A program made the translations under genes and the position numbers. DNA of 64,000 nt from a bacterium (GTDB taxonomy: Bacteria > CLD3 > SB21), in the NCBI GenBank assembly GCA_016787925.1, contig JAEUSK010000248.1, positions 26,908 through 90,907 on the forward strand, written 5' to 3'. The notes under the pieces were generated by a model, which saw only the letters and a program-made list of their open reading frames with translations, was not told where the DNA came from and ran no database searches. Shown in pieces: positions 1-10,267 of this stretch (position 1 is its first letter; each line of letters opens with the position of its first letter).

Positions 1-1531
1 ATTTCTCACAGGCGAAAAGGCGTTTCCCGGAAAAAATCTCACAGAAATATTGTACCGGGTTGTTAACGAAAACCCAATACCGCCTTCCATTGTAAATCCC
101 GGATTGCAAGACGGCCTGAACGACGTGATATTGAAGAGCCTGTCCAAGAACGCTGATGAGCGTTTTCAAAGTATAGGCGAATTGGAAGAAGTACTAAAGC
201 ATATCAAAGCAAACCGCACCGTTGCGTTATCCAGAACCAAATTGCTGTTTCGCACCGGCGAGCAAATTATCTTACAGTCTCTTTTTGGGAAATTTTACAA
301 CTGGTTCGGCAATCGTATCTTTTCAATGATTTCTTTTTTCTGGGCCGTTACTGCAACGATCGTTTGCCTCTCCATGATTTTTACGCAATCGAACGGAGAA
401 TCCAGACTGGCCAAAGCGTTGAGCGAAGAGAAGCCGGCCTCTTTGAGGATGAAACTAAACGTTCCTGATGCGGCGGTACTTATCGATGACCAGCAATACA
501 ACATGACCGGTCCCGTTTTGCAGATTGACAGTATCGGCGTTGGGGAACACCGCGTATACGCGACGCGTGAGAATTACCAGCCGTATGAGACGGCAATTAT
601 ATTCGGAAAGGGAGAAACTAAGAATATAGATGCGCATTTAAAATTACTCCCGGTTGAAATTCCCGGCGGCGTGGACACATCCTACGTTTCCATTGTCTCT
701 GTTCCCGCCATGGTCAAGGTTGAAACCAGTTACGGCAAATTTCTCGGTTATACGCCGATTGACAGTTTGGTATTTCCGGCAGGGAAATACACATTTATTT
801 TTTCGAAAGAAGATCATCTCATTAAACGCAGAGACGTTTCGCTAAGGAGAAGCAAATTAGCCCGAATGGATTTCACTCTCGATAAGATGCGAGGATTTGT
901 CTCACTCGAAAAGGTTTATCCTGAAAACGCATCCATTTTTGTGGACGGGAAGAAGCTAAGCCGGAATTACAAAGAAAATAAATACAGTATGGAAGTCGGC
1001 GAAAAGAAAATATTGATTTCCGCAGACGGATATGAGGAATGGGCTAAGAATATTATGGTCACTGCCGACGAGACGCTTGAACTCGCAGACTCTTTGAAAC
1101 CGACTTACGGATCGCTTCTCGTCAAATCAAATCCTTCAGGCGCCTACGTGTATTTGGACGAAGAGGAACAAGCCGAAGGAAAAACGCCGCTGCAAATTGA
1201 CGGTCTATTGGCAAGTTCGCATAAGATTAAAGCCGTTTACAAAAATGAAAAAAAGACACAGAATGTGAAGGTTGCAAAGGACGACACTACGGAGAGCGCC
1301 GTTGTTTTTAGATATCCTAACGGGTTTCTGGAATTGACGACCGACCCGCCGGGCGCGGATATTTATTTAAATACAGCCAGAGAATTCGGTCAAGTCACTC
1401 CTGCGGTGAAAGAAGCGAAACCCGGATTTTATAAAGTGAGGCTGGCGCACCCCAAATTCAGAAAATTTTATGAAATTACCGTTCGAGTAAAAGCGCAAGA
1501 GACTACAAAGATCAGTTATAAATTTGAATAG
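1..1531 (+). CDS. Ser/Thr protein kinase (C-terminal lobe onward; 5' end lies before the window) with a TM segment and C-terminal PEGA-type beta-sandwich repeats
   Basis: The reading frame is open from position 2, and the TTG at 50 is only an internal codon. Residues FLTGEKAFPGKN..ILYRVVNENPIPPS..LKSLSKNADERFQSIGELEEVL match kinase subdomains IX-XI. A hydrophobic helix IFSMISFFWAVTATIVCLSMIF follows, then repeated PEGA-like segments (for example GSLLVKSNPSGAYVYLDEE..GKTPLQIDGL). Confidence 0.7.
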   Translation, partial: FLTGEKAFPGKNLTEILYRVVNENPIPPSIVNPGLQDGLNDVILKSLSKNADERFQSIGELEEVLKHIKANRTVALSRTKLLFRTGEQIILQSLFGKFYNWFGNRIFSMISFFWAVTATIVCLSMIFTQSNGESRLAKALSEEKPASLRMKLNVPDAAVLIDDQQYNMTGPVLQIDSIGVGEHRVYATRENYQPYETAIIFGKGETKNIDAHLKLLPVEIPGGVDTSYVSIVSVPAMVKVETSYGKFLGYTPIDSLVFPAGKYTFIFSKEDHLIKRRDVSLRRSKLARMDFTLDKMRGFVSLEKVYPENASIFVDGKKLSRNYKENKYSMEVGEKKILISADGYEEWAKNIMVTADETLELADSLKPTYGSLLVKSNPSGAYVYLDEEEQAEGKTPLQIDGLLASSHKIKAVYKNEKKTQNVKVAKDDTTESAVVFRYPNGFLELTTDPPGADIYLNTAREFGQVTPAVKEAKPGFYKVRLAHPKFRKFYEITVRVKAQETTKISYKFE

Positions 1532-1539
1532 GAGAATTT

Positions 1540-1875
1540 ATGAGAAAGAAAAAAGCACAATCACCTAAATTACCATCACATTATTCCAAATTCTTGAAAA
1601 AGTATCCAGAGGTCGCTGAGCACTATACGAATCTCTCTAACGCGGCAAAAAAAGTGGGCCCCCTGAATCCCAAGACACGGGCGCTGATCAAACTGGGCAT
1701 TTCCATCGGCCTTAAACATGAAGGAGCCGTCCATTCTCACACACGTAAGTCATTGGAGGCCGGCGCGTCTGCCGTTGAAATACGGCAAGCGGTCATTCTA
1801 TCTTTGACCACCATAGGATTCCCTTCCATGATGGCGGCGCTAAGCTGGGTTAATGATGTATTGGAGCAGCATTGA
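1540..1875 (+). CDS. carboxymuconolactone decarboxylase (AhpD-like/CMD) family protein
   Basis: The 111-aa product has a CMD-like helical core (ALIKLGISIGLKHEGAVHSHTRKSLEAGASAVEIRQAV). A GGAG Shine-Dalgarno lies 6 nt upstream, and the gene starts 8 bp after the kinase gene. Confidence 0.55.
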   Translation: MRKKKAQSPKLPSHYSKFLKKYPEVAEHYTNLSNAAKKVGPLNPKTRALIKLGISIGLKHEGAVHSHTRKSLEAGASAVEIRQAVILSLTTIGFPSMMAALSWVNDVLEQH

Positions 1876-2736
1876 TTGAAGAAATTTGTTTTAATTTATT
1901 CATGCGGTTTACTGCTGATCAATTCATGTAGCCGGAATGAACCGATCAGAGATCCTTCGTTTCGTCTCAATATCATAGTCAACAATCCTGCGAAACCCTT
2001 CAAAGTATCGCTAACCATTTGTCCTGACCCTCATTCTGAACAAACCGGCCTGATTCACATTCAGCGGATTCAAGAAAATTCGTCCGTTCCGGACTATCGT
2101 GAAAGCGGCGTGGTGCGCCGAAAAATCTTGGATACGGTCTCTTTGGAAAGGGATGCCTTCGAGAAATTCGCCTTGTTGATCAAGAAGACAAAAATTTGGG
2201 AACAGCAGAACTCTATCGGCCGACGAACCGACGGCAATGCATATCAATTTACAGTGAAGGACAGTCTGCGGGAACATTCTTTTTCTGTTATGGGCTCATC
2301 CGAAAACACGAATTTAGAGGAGTTGACTACGTTTTGCCTGGATCAGTTTGAATTGCATTTCCCGTCCATTCCTGTCATGGGCGTTGATTCGGAAATTGAT
2401 CTTAGAAAATACAGCCGCCTTACCAACGCTTTTGATTCGGTATGGGTGCGAATGGTCAGTTTCGAGAACACGCTATTAGCCTCTTATGAGAGACGGCCCT
2501 TCCCATTGACAGGAAACCAGTACATCGAATTATGGCAGGTTATGGAAAACAATGATATCTGGAAGCTTGAAACCGCGACAAAATTTGAAACCAAATATCC
2601 GGTGGAGTACCGCCTATCAGTAAGAAGGGGCACTCTCACTAATTCATTTGTGGTGTACGCGCCGTCCAAATTAGCCGATAAGCGTTATTTTAATGTAATT
2701 AATTTTATTGAAATGCTGGCTTCCGAATATCAATGA
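1876..2736 (+). CDS. hypothetical lipoprotein
   Basis: It starts right after the upstream stop codon. The N-terminus MKKFVLIYSCGLLLINSCSR looks like a signal peptide with a lipobox Cys. I see no recognisable catalytic motif. Confidence 0.5.
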   Translation: MKKFVLIYSCGLLLINSCSRNEPIRDPSFRLNIIVNNPAKPFKVSLTICPDPHSEQTGLIHIQRIQENSSVPDYRESGVVRRKILDTVSLERDAFEKFALLIKKTKIWEQQNSIGRRTDGNAYQFTVKDSLREHSFSVMGSSENTNLEELTTFCLDQFELHFPSIPVMGVDSEIDLRKYSRLTNAFDSVWVRMVSFENTLLASYERRPFPLTGNQYIELWQVMENNDIWKLETATKFETKYPVEYRLSVRRGTLTNSFVVYAPSKLADKRYFNVINFIEMLASEYQ

Positions 2737-4991
2737 GGGAAATATTCATAAATAGCCTGATACTGTTGCGTATGTCCAGGGCGCTGCTATTGTTAAGTGG
2801 GCTTCCTGCGCTTATAACCGCCGGATTAATGTTTTTTCCATTATTTCGGGATTTTGATTACGAAATCAATGGGACGCTCGGAGTGATCATGTTTCTGTCG
2901 GGTACGGGAATTTCTATTGCAGCAGAACGCATGAACGCATTGGGAATCAAAGATGAGATTGTTATTGAAATACGAAAGTCTAATCTCTATATTTTTAAAC
3001 ACACACTTGGCATTATTGGTCTCAGTCTTGTAACGTCCCTTACTGTTGTATTGTTTTTTCTATTGTTTTGCGGAACATGTTCTTTGACAAGAGGGTTGCA
3101 GCTGTTTTTGTTGTTACCGGTAACCGCCTCGTTCATCGGCTGGGGTCTCGGACATCTGCTGGCCGTTTTGTTTAGAAAATACGTGTGGCTGGCCGCCGGG
3201 TGCTTTATTATCCTTTCCTTTATGTTGAATATTTTTTGGTTAAAGTGGCATGCTCCAATATATGTCTACAGCATTTTTTGGGGATATTTTCCAGGACCGC
3301 TGTATGATGAATGGATCCCTCTCACATCCACATTGTGGATTCACCGTTTGTGGAGTTTGTGTTTTGCGTTCTTGTTCATTTTATCTTCGTTGCTTTGGCA
3401 GCGCAAGCAGGCGATATCCCGCCCCCACATCATTGCGTTAGTAACGGTACTAGCGTTGGTGATCGGCATATACGGAACGCGATTCAGGATTGGATTTGAC
3501 GCAGGATACAATGAACTTAAGTCGGCATTGGGAGCTGAATTAAAGTCGGACCGAATAGCCATATTTTTCGATAAAAATATAGACAAAGGGGAAATGGAGT
3601 GGGTACGGAATTTGTCTGAATTTTATTATGAGGAGGTCAGTCATTATTTGGATCTTAAGACGGACCGTAGGGTCTCTATATACGTATACCTGGACGAATA
3701 TCAGAAGAAGAAGTTAATGGGCGCCGGAGTAACCAATTTTGCGAAGATCATCAATGATGAGATCCATATTAACTTTGATGATGTCGGCGGCGTTCTAAAA
3801 CATGAGATGACGCATGTGCTTGCAAATGACTTCGGTAATGATATTTACAGCACAACCCGTATGGGATTTCTGGAAGGGTTGGCGGTATCGGCAGAGTGGA
3901 ACGAGAGCTACTTTACGCCGCATGAATGGGCCGCGGCACTAAAAAAACAAAATAAACTGCCCGATGTTCTTTCTCTAATCGACGGGAGCGGTTTCTTAAA
4001 AAATGCCGCAGGCATGAGTTATATTGTGTCAGGATCATTTACCCGTTTCTTATTGGACTCGTTTGGCGTAGCGAAGTTCAAAAAAGCCTATTATGATGAG
4101 GACGTAGAGATTGTGTACGGTATGCCGAAAACTGAACTAGCCGGCCGATGGGTGCGATTTCTAGACGGTATGGCCATTCGCGATGAAGATATCCAACTCG
4201 CAGGGTTACTAATTAAGCCTTCCTTATTCCAAAAAAAATGTCCGCACTATGTTGCCGATATTCTCGAAGAAGCAGGCGCAGCATATTTAAATGAGAATTT
4301 TTCGGACGCCGCAGCTTTGTATCAAAAGGCGCTTGACACGGACACGGAAGATTACAGAATTCAAATTGCCCTTATTAGAAGTAATTTTTATGCCGGACGA
4401 CTTCATGCCGCATTGCACTCGATTGATTCGTTACTTGCAGATGAAAGAATTAACTATCCCGCCAAGGCGATGCTTCGATTATTGGAAGGCGACATCTTAC
4501 TGAGTATGGATAATTTAGATTCTGCAATGATGGCGTATCAGCAGGTGAAACAAAGCTACAAAAATATTCCTTCGGTGTATATGTCCGCAATTCTTCGAAT
4601 GGACTTTGTAAGTCGCGGACTGAACGATCCGTTGAAAGAACTTGCGGGGACGTTAAACCAAAATAAGCACGAGATGGTGCTAAGAACGATTCTTGAGAAA
4701 AATCCAGATTTCTGGTCCGGCCAATTCTGGCTGGCGCGGTTATGTTTCCAACGCTCTGCTTTTACAGAAGCCGTATCCTTAATTGAAAATCCAAGTACTA
4801 TTGTTACCGACACGGCCGTCGCTTTTGCACGGTCAGTAATGATAGCAGATTCTTATTTACGTTTGGCGAAATACGAACAGGCGCAAATGAACTTGGCGGA
4901 AGCAAACATGTGGAGTGTTCGCTCAATGGATCGGGAATTTGTTTCGCAAAAGACTGCGCTTCTAAACTGGCTGGTTCAACGATCGAATTAA
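2733..4991 (+). CDS. polytopic membrane protein with HExxH metallopeptidase-like motif and TPR-like C-terminal region
   Basis: An ATGA start/stop overlap with the upstream gene indicates translational coupling. The N-terminal ~250 aa contain about 8 hydrophobic helices. GVLKHEMTHVLANDFG is an HExxH motif. The C-terminus is helical and TPR-like (AAALYQKALDTDTEDYRIQIAL..). Confidence 0.6.
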   Translation: MREIFINSLILLRMSRALLLLSGLPALITAGLMFFPLFRDFDYEINGTLGVIMFLSGTGISIAAERMNALGIKDEIVIEIRKSNLYIFKHTLGIIGLSLVTSLTVVLFFLLFCGTCSLTRGLQLFLLLPVTASFIGWGLGHLLAVLFRKYVWLAAGCFIILSFMLNIFWLKWHAPIYVYSIFWGYFPGPLYDEWIPLTSTLWIHRLWSLCFAFLFILSSLLWQRKQAISRPHIIALVTVLALVIGIYGTRFRIGFDAGYNELKSALGAELKSDRIAIFFDKNIDKGEMEWVRNLSEFYYEEVSHYLDLKTDRRVSIYVYLDEYQKKKLMGAGVTNFAKIINDEIHINFDDVGGVLKHEMTHVLANDFGNDIYSTTRMGFLEGLAVSAEWNESYFTPHEWAAALKKQNKLPDVLSLIDGSGFLKNAAGMSYIVSGSFTRFLLDSFGVAKFKKAYYDEDVEIVYGMPKTELAGRWVRFLDGMAIRDEDIQLAGLLIKPSLFQKKCPHYVADILEEAGAAYLNENFSDAAALYQKALDTDTEDYRIQIALIRSNFYAGRLHAALHSIDSLLADERINYPAKAMLRLLEGDILLSMDNLDSAMMAYQQVKQSYKNIPSVYMSAILRMDFVSRGLNDPLKELAGTLNQNKHEMVLRTILEKNPDFWSGQFWLARLCFQRSAFTEAVSLIENPSTIVTDTAVAFARSVMIADSYLRLAKYEQAQMNLAEANMWSVRSMDREFVSQKTALLNWLVQRSN

Positions 4992-5006
4992 ACAGGTGAG
5001 GATTAA

Positions 5007-7640
5007 TTGAGCTTATTCAAAAGAATTGTGTTAAGTGGTCTTGTGGTTACATCAATGTTCATGCCGTTGACCGCTCAGGAAAACCCGAAACACAGCATGA
5101 AGACCATTCATTTTAGCTTTGCTGATTCGCTTGTCGGCTGGGCTGTTGGCGGTGTCAAAACAGGCGGCATGGTTCATAAGGATTCCATAAAAAATGTTCA
5201 AAGAAAAAATCTGCATAAATCTATGATCGCCAAGACCTATGACGGCGGTACGACCTGGGATCTTCAGACGGTGATTCAAGCGGGGGATGAAGCTCCGGAA
5301 GTAAGAGCCGTTTATGCGCTGGATCATCAGCACTGTTGGATCGTCATCAGGCAAGATTTCAACGATAAGGATTATATCCTCGCCACGGAAGACGGGAACA
5401 CATGGAAAGCAATGAGTTTTGTTCATCCGGAAATATTGATTAAGAAAATAATCTTTACTGATGCAAGAAACGGGTGGTTGATAGCTGAAGAAATTTTTGG
5501 TGAAGATAAAATATTTCGATCTGCGGACGGCGGCGTAACTTGGTTTGAATACGATATCGGTTACGCCGGAAAATTTCATGACATATTGTTTGCGCAAGAA
5601 AACAGCTATATTCTTGCCAACCTTAAATCAAACCCATCGGTATGTTCAATATTGCGGAGCAATGACGGAGGGGAGATATGGATCATTGCGAATGAGTTCA
5701 AACCTGACACCGGTCAGATCGTTGAAGGTATGGCAATACATTCCTTCCATAACGAGATCTATGTTCTGGCTAAAACGTACGATCCTGAGGTTCCTGAAAC
5801 GGTGCACTCCGATGTCATTTACTCCAACAATAGTTTTGTATCGTATACGTCAAGTAAAATCGATTATGAGAAAGAAAGCAAGGTCAGTGAAACCTTTGTT
5901 GATGATATTTCAATAAGTGGATCGGGAATAATGGCGGTCGACAAGTTGTATTACGATGGGTATGGTGAGGGGCTGCCGTTTAATTCAAATCTGATCCGAT
6001 CGCAGGATAAAGGGCGCAGCTGGAGGAAAATTTCTGAAATTGACAATCTTATTATTGATTATCATGCTGTTGGCGCGCAAAAATCGGTGTGCAGCAATTC
6101 GGAAGGTGAAATAAAAAAATCAGACAACGGCGGAATCTCATGGAACATAGCGGAGATTAATTTTAAAAGTGTTTTTCATAAACCGTCTGCATCGGAATCC
6201 GTCTCGCCGCTAGGCAGTTTATACACTTTTATGGAAGAAGAGGATTTCGGATTAGATCATGATACAACGTATGCGAGCAAATGGGAAAACAGGGCGGACT
6301 CGTTGCTAGCATTAAATTTTAGCAAAATTGCCGATATCAAAAAATATAAAGTTGACACCTCTTTGGACTTCGCTGTTGGGATTGATTCGGCATATTCCAG
6401 TGCGGTAGTTCTCAGTAAACGCGTGCGCTACGGTTCCAAACATCAAACATGGGACCTAATAAAGGAGGAAGCTTTTGCCGGTGAAATCCGCATCCGTAAA
6501 TATAAGACGATTCGGCTCGTTGGAAAAGTGAATGCGTCCAACGGGCGGATGGTAACGCGTTACAGTTGGTCCTCGAGTATCAATGGGGAATTAAGCAATC
6601 AAGCAGCATTCACAACTACGCCGAAACAACTTGTAGCGGGGACGCACTACATTTTTTTTAAAGCTATGGACGATCGCGGCCAATGGTCTGATCCAATGGT
6701 TATTAAAGTTATTGTTGATGATTTCCCGAAATATAAATTTCCATTCGATGGATTGTGGTCAGCCGGGGGCGGCGGAAGTTATTATAACCGCGGACACCAT
6801 ATTCGGGGGATCCGCTACGCTCTGGACTTAAATTATCAGGAAGGGCAAGACGGCGGCGACAGCGATTACGGCATTCCCGTTCGCGCGTCTACAGATGGCG
6901 TCGTTACGTTTGCGGGATATGTGCGGGGATACGGACGCATGGTGAAAATTGATTATATGTACGGCGGGCATAAATACACTACATTAGTATCACACCTTGC
7001 CACGATATCGGTTGAAATCGGAGAAAAGGTAAGGCAAGGTCAGGAGATCGGAGGATGCGGAACTACCGGACGATCCAGCGCGCCGCATATTCATTGGGAA
7101 TTACGTATTGACGACCAATGTACGCCTCCGGAGCCGATTTTTGAAAACGACTCGACGGTCATCCAGACTATTCGTGACGGAGCGGCTTTTCGCTCGGATA
7201 ATGTATATCAGCCTGACCATATCGTTGTTGTCGATGAAGGAGACATTCCAAATACGTACAAGGACTATCGCGGTTATTACCACAGCTATCGTTATGTTGG
7301 CGTTATGAAGAGTACCAAGACTACGGAGGCAACATGGAAACCAAAACTTCCCAGATCGGGCGTATATAAAGTTCAAGTTCACAATCCGAAAAAATTCGCC
7401 ACCGGCATGGCTAAATATCGAATTTATTCAAAGGCGGGCGTCCAGGAAGTTAAGGTCAATCAAAACAAATTTACCGATGAATGGGTGACCCTCGGCACGT
7501 ACGAATTTGATGCAAGCGACGACGTTTACATTGCGTTGGACAATGTGACGGGCCAAACGAGGGGCACTATTGCCTTTGATGCCGTTCGATTCATCGGCCA
7601 GTGGGAAAACAAACATTCAGGTTTGGGACTATCTCAATAA
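5007..7640 (+). CDS. secreted multidomain protein: BNR/Asp-box beta-propeller, Ig-like region, M23 (LytM) peptidase domain and C-terminal beta domain
   Basis: The N-terminus has a signal peptide. Five Asp-box-like repeats are present (TYDGGTTWD, SADGGVTWF, SNDGGEIWI, SQDKGRSWR, SDNGGISWN). The M23 peptidase signature HxxxD...HIHWE is present (GGHKYTTLVSHL..APHIHWELRID). Confidence 0.7.
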   Translation: MSLFKRIVLSGLVVTSMFMPLTAQENPKHSMKTIHFSFADSLVGWAVGGVKTGGMVHKDSIKNVQRKNLHKSMIAKTYDGGTTWDLQTVIQAGDEAPEVRAVYALDHQHCWIVIRQDFNDKDYILATEDGNTWKAMSFVHPEILIKKIIFTDARNGWLIAEEIFGEDKIFRSADGGVTWFEYDIGYAGKFHDILFAQENSYILANLKSNPSVCSILRSNDGGEIWIIANEFKPDTGQIVEGMAIHSFHNEIYVLAKTYDPEVPETVHSDVIYSNNSFVSYTSSKIDYEKESKVSETFVDDISISGSGIMAVDKLYYDGYGEGLPFNSNLIRSQDKGRSWRKISEIDNLIIDYHAVGAQKSVCSNSEGEIKKSDNGGISWNIAEINFKSVFHKPSASESVSPLGSLYTFMEEEDFGLDHDTTYASKWENRADSLLALNFSKIADIKKYKVDTSLDFAVGIDSAYSSAVVLSKRVRYGSKHQTWDLIKEEAFAGEIRIRKYKTIRLVGKVNASNGRMVTRYSWSSSINGELSNQAAFTTTPKQLVAGTHYIFFKAMDDRGQWSDPMVIKVIVDDFPKYKFPFDGLWSAGGGGSYYNRGHHIRGIRYALDLNYQEGQDGGDSDYGIPVRASTDGVVTFAGYVRGYGRMVKIDYMYGGHKYTTLVSHLATISVEIGEKVRQGQEIGGCGTTGRSSAPHIHWELRIDDQCTPPEPIFENDSTVIQTIRDGAAFRSDNVYQPDHIVVVDEGDIPNTYKDYRGYYHSYRYVGVMKSTKTTEATWKPKLPRSGVYKVQVHNPKKFATGMAKYRIYSKAGVQEVKVNQNKFTDEWVTLGTYEFDASDDVYIALDNVTGQTRGTIAFDAVRFIGQWENKHSGLGLSQ

Positions 7641-7663
7641 ATCATAACCAAAGGGGTGACAGA

Positions 7664-9415
7664 TTGAAAAATCCATGGTTACACAAACGAGCGATCCGCG
7701 TTCTAATGATGCTTATGCTCTCCTTTTCATTTTTCGGAGGGTGGTTCGCAGAGTCGCTGGTTGGCGACGATTATTACTATGAGGTCAAACGCGGGATCCG
7801 TCTGTTTGGCGATGTTTATAAAACAGTCACTGAGAAATACGTTGATGAAATTCCTCCAAAAGATTTTATGCGAACTGGAATTGACGGCCTACTGGCGACA
7901 TTGGATCCCTATACCGTTTACTATGAAGGGGATGAAAGCGGCGATCTGGACGCGCTCATGATGGGAAAATATGGCGGGGTGGGAATTTCGGTTGGAATTA
8001 AGGATGGATTTATAACCGTGATCACCACGATGGACGGTTCTCCGGCACAACGGGTAGGAATTTTGCCCGGGGACCGCATCGTCGGCGTGAATGGGCTGAC
8101 AGCGCATGATATTTCACTTCAGGAGATGTCTAATTTTGTTAAGGGTGAGCCGGGAACCAAAGTACGGCTGACGATACTGCGTGAGGGGCAGGATCATCGT
8201 ATGGATTTTGAATTGGTCAGGGAGATGATAGCTGTTGAAAATATATCGTATACGGGCATGATGAACGGCAGCATCGGATATATAAAGATCACAAAGTTTT
8301 CAAAAACGGCGAATTTTGATTTTGTCCGAGCTCTCAAAGATCTTAAAAACAGCGGCATGCAATCTTTAATCTTGGATCTGCGTGGAAACCCCGGCGGCCT
8401 GCTTGATGCGGCAATTGATATAACCAATCAATTCGTCAAGAAAGGTGAAACGATAACTTATACCAAAGGGCGGATTGCGGATGCGTCGCGCAGTTACAAG
8501 GCTATCAACGACCCAATGTTCCCGGATATGCCGCTAGTGGTATTGGTTGACGGCGGCAGTGCAAGCGCGTCGGAAATTGTAGGCGGCGCAGTACAGGATC
8601 TGGATCGCGGTGTAGTGATCGGGTCAACGACCTTTGGAAAAGGATTGGTTCAAACCGTTTATCCGCTTCAGGAAAGAGACGCCGTCATCAAAATTACGAC
8701 GGCAAAGTATTACACCCCAAGCGGGCGCAGTATTCAGAAGGAAGATTACTCGACACGCAAAACAAAGAAAATGGAACGCGGTGATGACGGCGAAAGAGAT
8801 ATTTTTGACACGTTCGGTTCCGGGGATGCAGTTACGGATTCGAATAAAATCCCGCGCGACAGTGGAAATGTGAAACAGGTTTTCAAGACCGCTAAAGGCC
8901 GAAGCGTATACGCGAATGGAGGGATTACGCCGGATATTGAAATTGCCACGCACGAATATACGGTATATTTTAGGGAAGTGTTAAGACGCGGTCTGATCTT
9001 TGATTACGCTACGAACTTCGTAGCCCATCACGCACGAATAGACTCCAATTTTGCCGTAGATGAAAACCTCATGATCGATTTTGAGAAATACATACAGACT
9101 AGACATTTCAATTATATTTCGGCAGCGGAAAAACAAATTGAAGAAATTGAACGGTTAGCAAAGAAGAATAATTACGGCGCAACGGCGACGGATAAAATTA
9201 ACGCCCTGCGTGGCGAACTGACAGCAGAGAAGCAAAAAGATTTTCAGAACAGCAAAACCTTTATTGCAATGACTTTGGAACAGGAAATCGTATCGCGGTA
9301 TTTTGGCAATAGGGCGCGTATTCTGACGAGCTTCAAATACGATAAGCCGTACTTGGCGGCGGTTGCATTATTAAAAAACCAGGAAAAATACCGCCAAGTG
9401 CTCGCAGGAAAGTAA
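7664..9415 (+). CDS. ctp: C-terminal processing (tail-specific) peptidase, S41 family, with PDZ domain
   Basis: The PDZ region reads GIGISVGIKDGFITVITTMDGSPAQRVGILPGDRIVGVNG. The S41 catalytic region reads LILDLRGNPGGLL...GSASASEIVGG...TFGKGLVQ. I chose the TTG start at 7664 because it is preceded by AAAGGGG and followed by a signal peptide; the ORF track's start at 7601 overlaps the upstream gene. Confidence 0.8.
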   Translation: MKNPWLHKRAIRVLMMLMLSFSFFGGWFAESLVGDDYYYEVKRGIRLFGDVYKTVTEKYVDEIPPKDFMRTGIDGLLATLDPYTVYYEGDESGDLDALMMGKYGGVGISVGIKDGFITVITTMDGSPAQRVGILPGDRIVGVNGLTAHDISLQEMSNFVKGEPGTKVRLTILREGQDHRMDFELVREMIAVENISYTGMMNGSIGYIKITKFSKTANFDFVRALKDLKNSGMQSLILDLRGNPGGLLDAAIDITNQFVKKGETITYTKGRIADASRSYKAINDPMFPDMPLVVLVDGGSASASEIVGGAVQDLDRGVVIGSTTFGKGLVQTVYPLQERDAVIKITTAKYYTPSGRSIQKEDYSTRKTKKMERGDDGERDIFDTFGSGDAVTDSNKIPRDSGNVKQVFKTAKGRSVYANGGITPDIEIATHEYTVYFREVLRRGLIFDYATNFVAHHARIDSNFAVDENLMIDFEKYIQTRHFNYISAAEKQIEEIERLAKKNNYGATATDKINALRGELTAEKQKDFQNSKTFIAMTLEQEIVSRYFGNRARILTSFKYDKPYLAAVALLKNQEKYRQVLAGK

Positions 9416-9421
9416 ATAGAT

Positions 9422-10264
9422 ATGTCAGATCCGATATTCTTTTATATTCTGATTGGTTTCGTCGCCGGGACGCTCGGTTCGATGGTAGGTCTTGGCGGAG
9501 GCATCATTATGGTTCCGGCATTGACCATATTGCTCGGTGTGGATATAAAGAGCGCCATCAGCGCCAGCCTGATTTCACTTGTCGCCACTTCCATCATGTC
9601 CGTATCCGTTTTTGCAAAGAAGGAACTGGTGCATTTTAAATTAGGTTTAATTCTCGTTTCGACGACTATCGTCGGATCGTTTGGGGGAAGTTACATCGGA
9701 GTTTACCTTGACCCTAATACTCTGATGATTTTATTTACCGCGCTGATGATCTTCGCGGCGATTATGTTAATTCGAAATTTGAAAAAAAAGACTGAAGATG
9801 GGGATTATGAATCACAAACGGATGTGCACGTTGGCGGCTTTTTTGGTATTAGCGGAAAATATCGATCTGAAAAATCCGGTCAAGTACAGGGATTTACAGT
9901 ACGACGCGTTCCTTTGAATATTGGACTGTCGACGTTTGCAGGTGCTATATCCGGCATGCTCGGCGTGGGCGGCGGCATAATACAGGTTCCCATGATGCAC
10001 ATTGTAGGAGGTGTTCCAATAAAAATTGCATCGGCTACGAGCAGTTTTATGATTGGTTTCACAGGGTTTGCCGGTGCGATCGTTTATTTCATGTATGATC
10101 AGTTTGATGTAGTAATGACATCCGGTTTGATCATCGGCATCATTGGCGGTTCCTATTCAGGATCTAAAATTGCAATGAAAGTGAACTCCAAGTTTCTTAT
10201 AATGGTTCTATTGGTCGTTTTACTTTATACGTCATTTCGCATGATTATGAAAGTATGTAATTGA
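9422..10264 (+). CDS. TauE/SafE (DUF81) family sulfite/anion exporter-like membrane protein
   Basis: The product has two internally repeated 4-TM halves, each with a Gly-rich motif (GLGGGIIMVPAL and GVGGGIIQVPMM). Confidence 0.7.
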   Translation: MSDPIFFYILIGFVAGTLGSMVGLGGGIIMVPALTILLGVDIKSAISASLISLVATSIMSVSVFAKKELVHFKLGLILVSTTIVGSFGGSYIGVYLDPNTLMILFTALMIFAAIMLIRNLKKKTEDGDYESQTDVHVGGFFGISGKYRSEKSGQVQGFTVRRVPLNIGLSTFAGAISGMLGVGGGIIQVPMMHIVGGVPIKIASATSSFMIGFTGFAGAIVYFMYDQFDVVMTSGLIIGIIGGSYSGSKIAMKVNSKFLIMVLLVVLLYTSFRMIMKVCN

Positions 10265-10267
10265 GCT

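Noticed and set aside
5052-5597. 181-aa minus-strand ORF
   Set aside because: It lies entirely antisense within the well-supported BNR/M23 gene and has no motifs. It is a shadow ORF.
7601-7663. ORF-track start of the S41 protease at 7601
   Set aside because: That start would overlap the upstream gene by 40 bp. The TTG at 7664 has an AAAGGGG SD and begins a signal peptide, so I used 7664.
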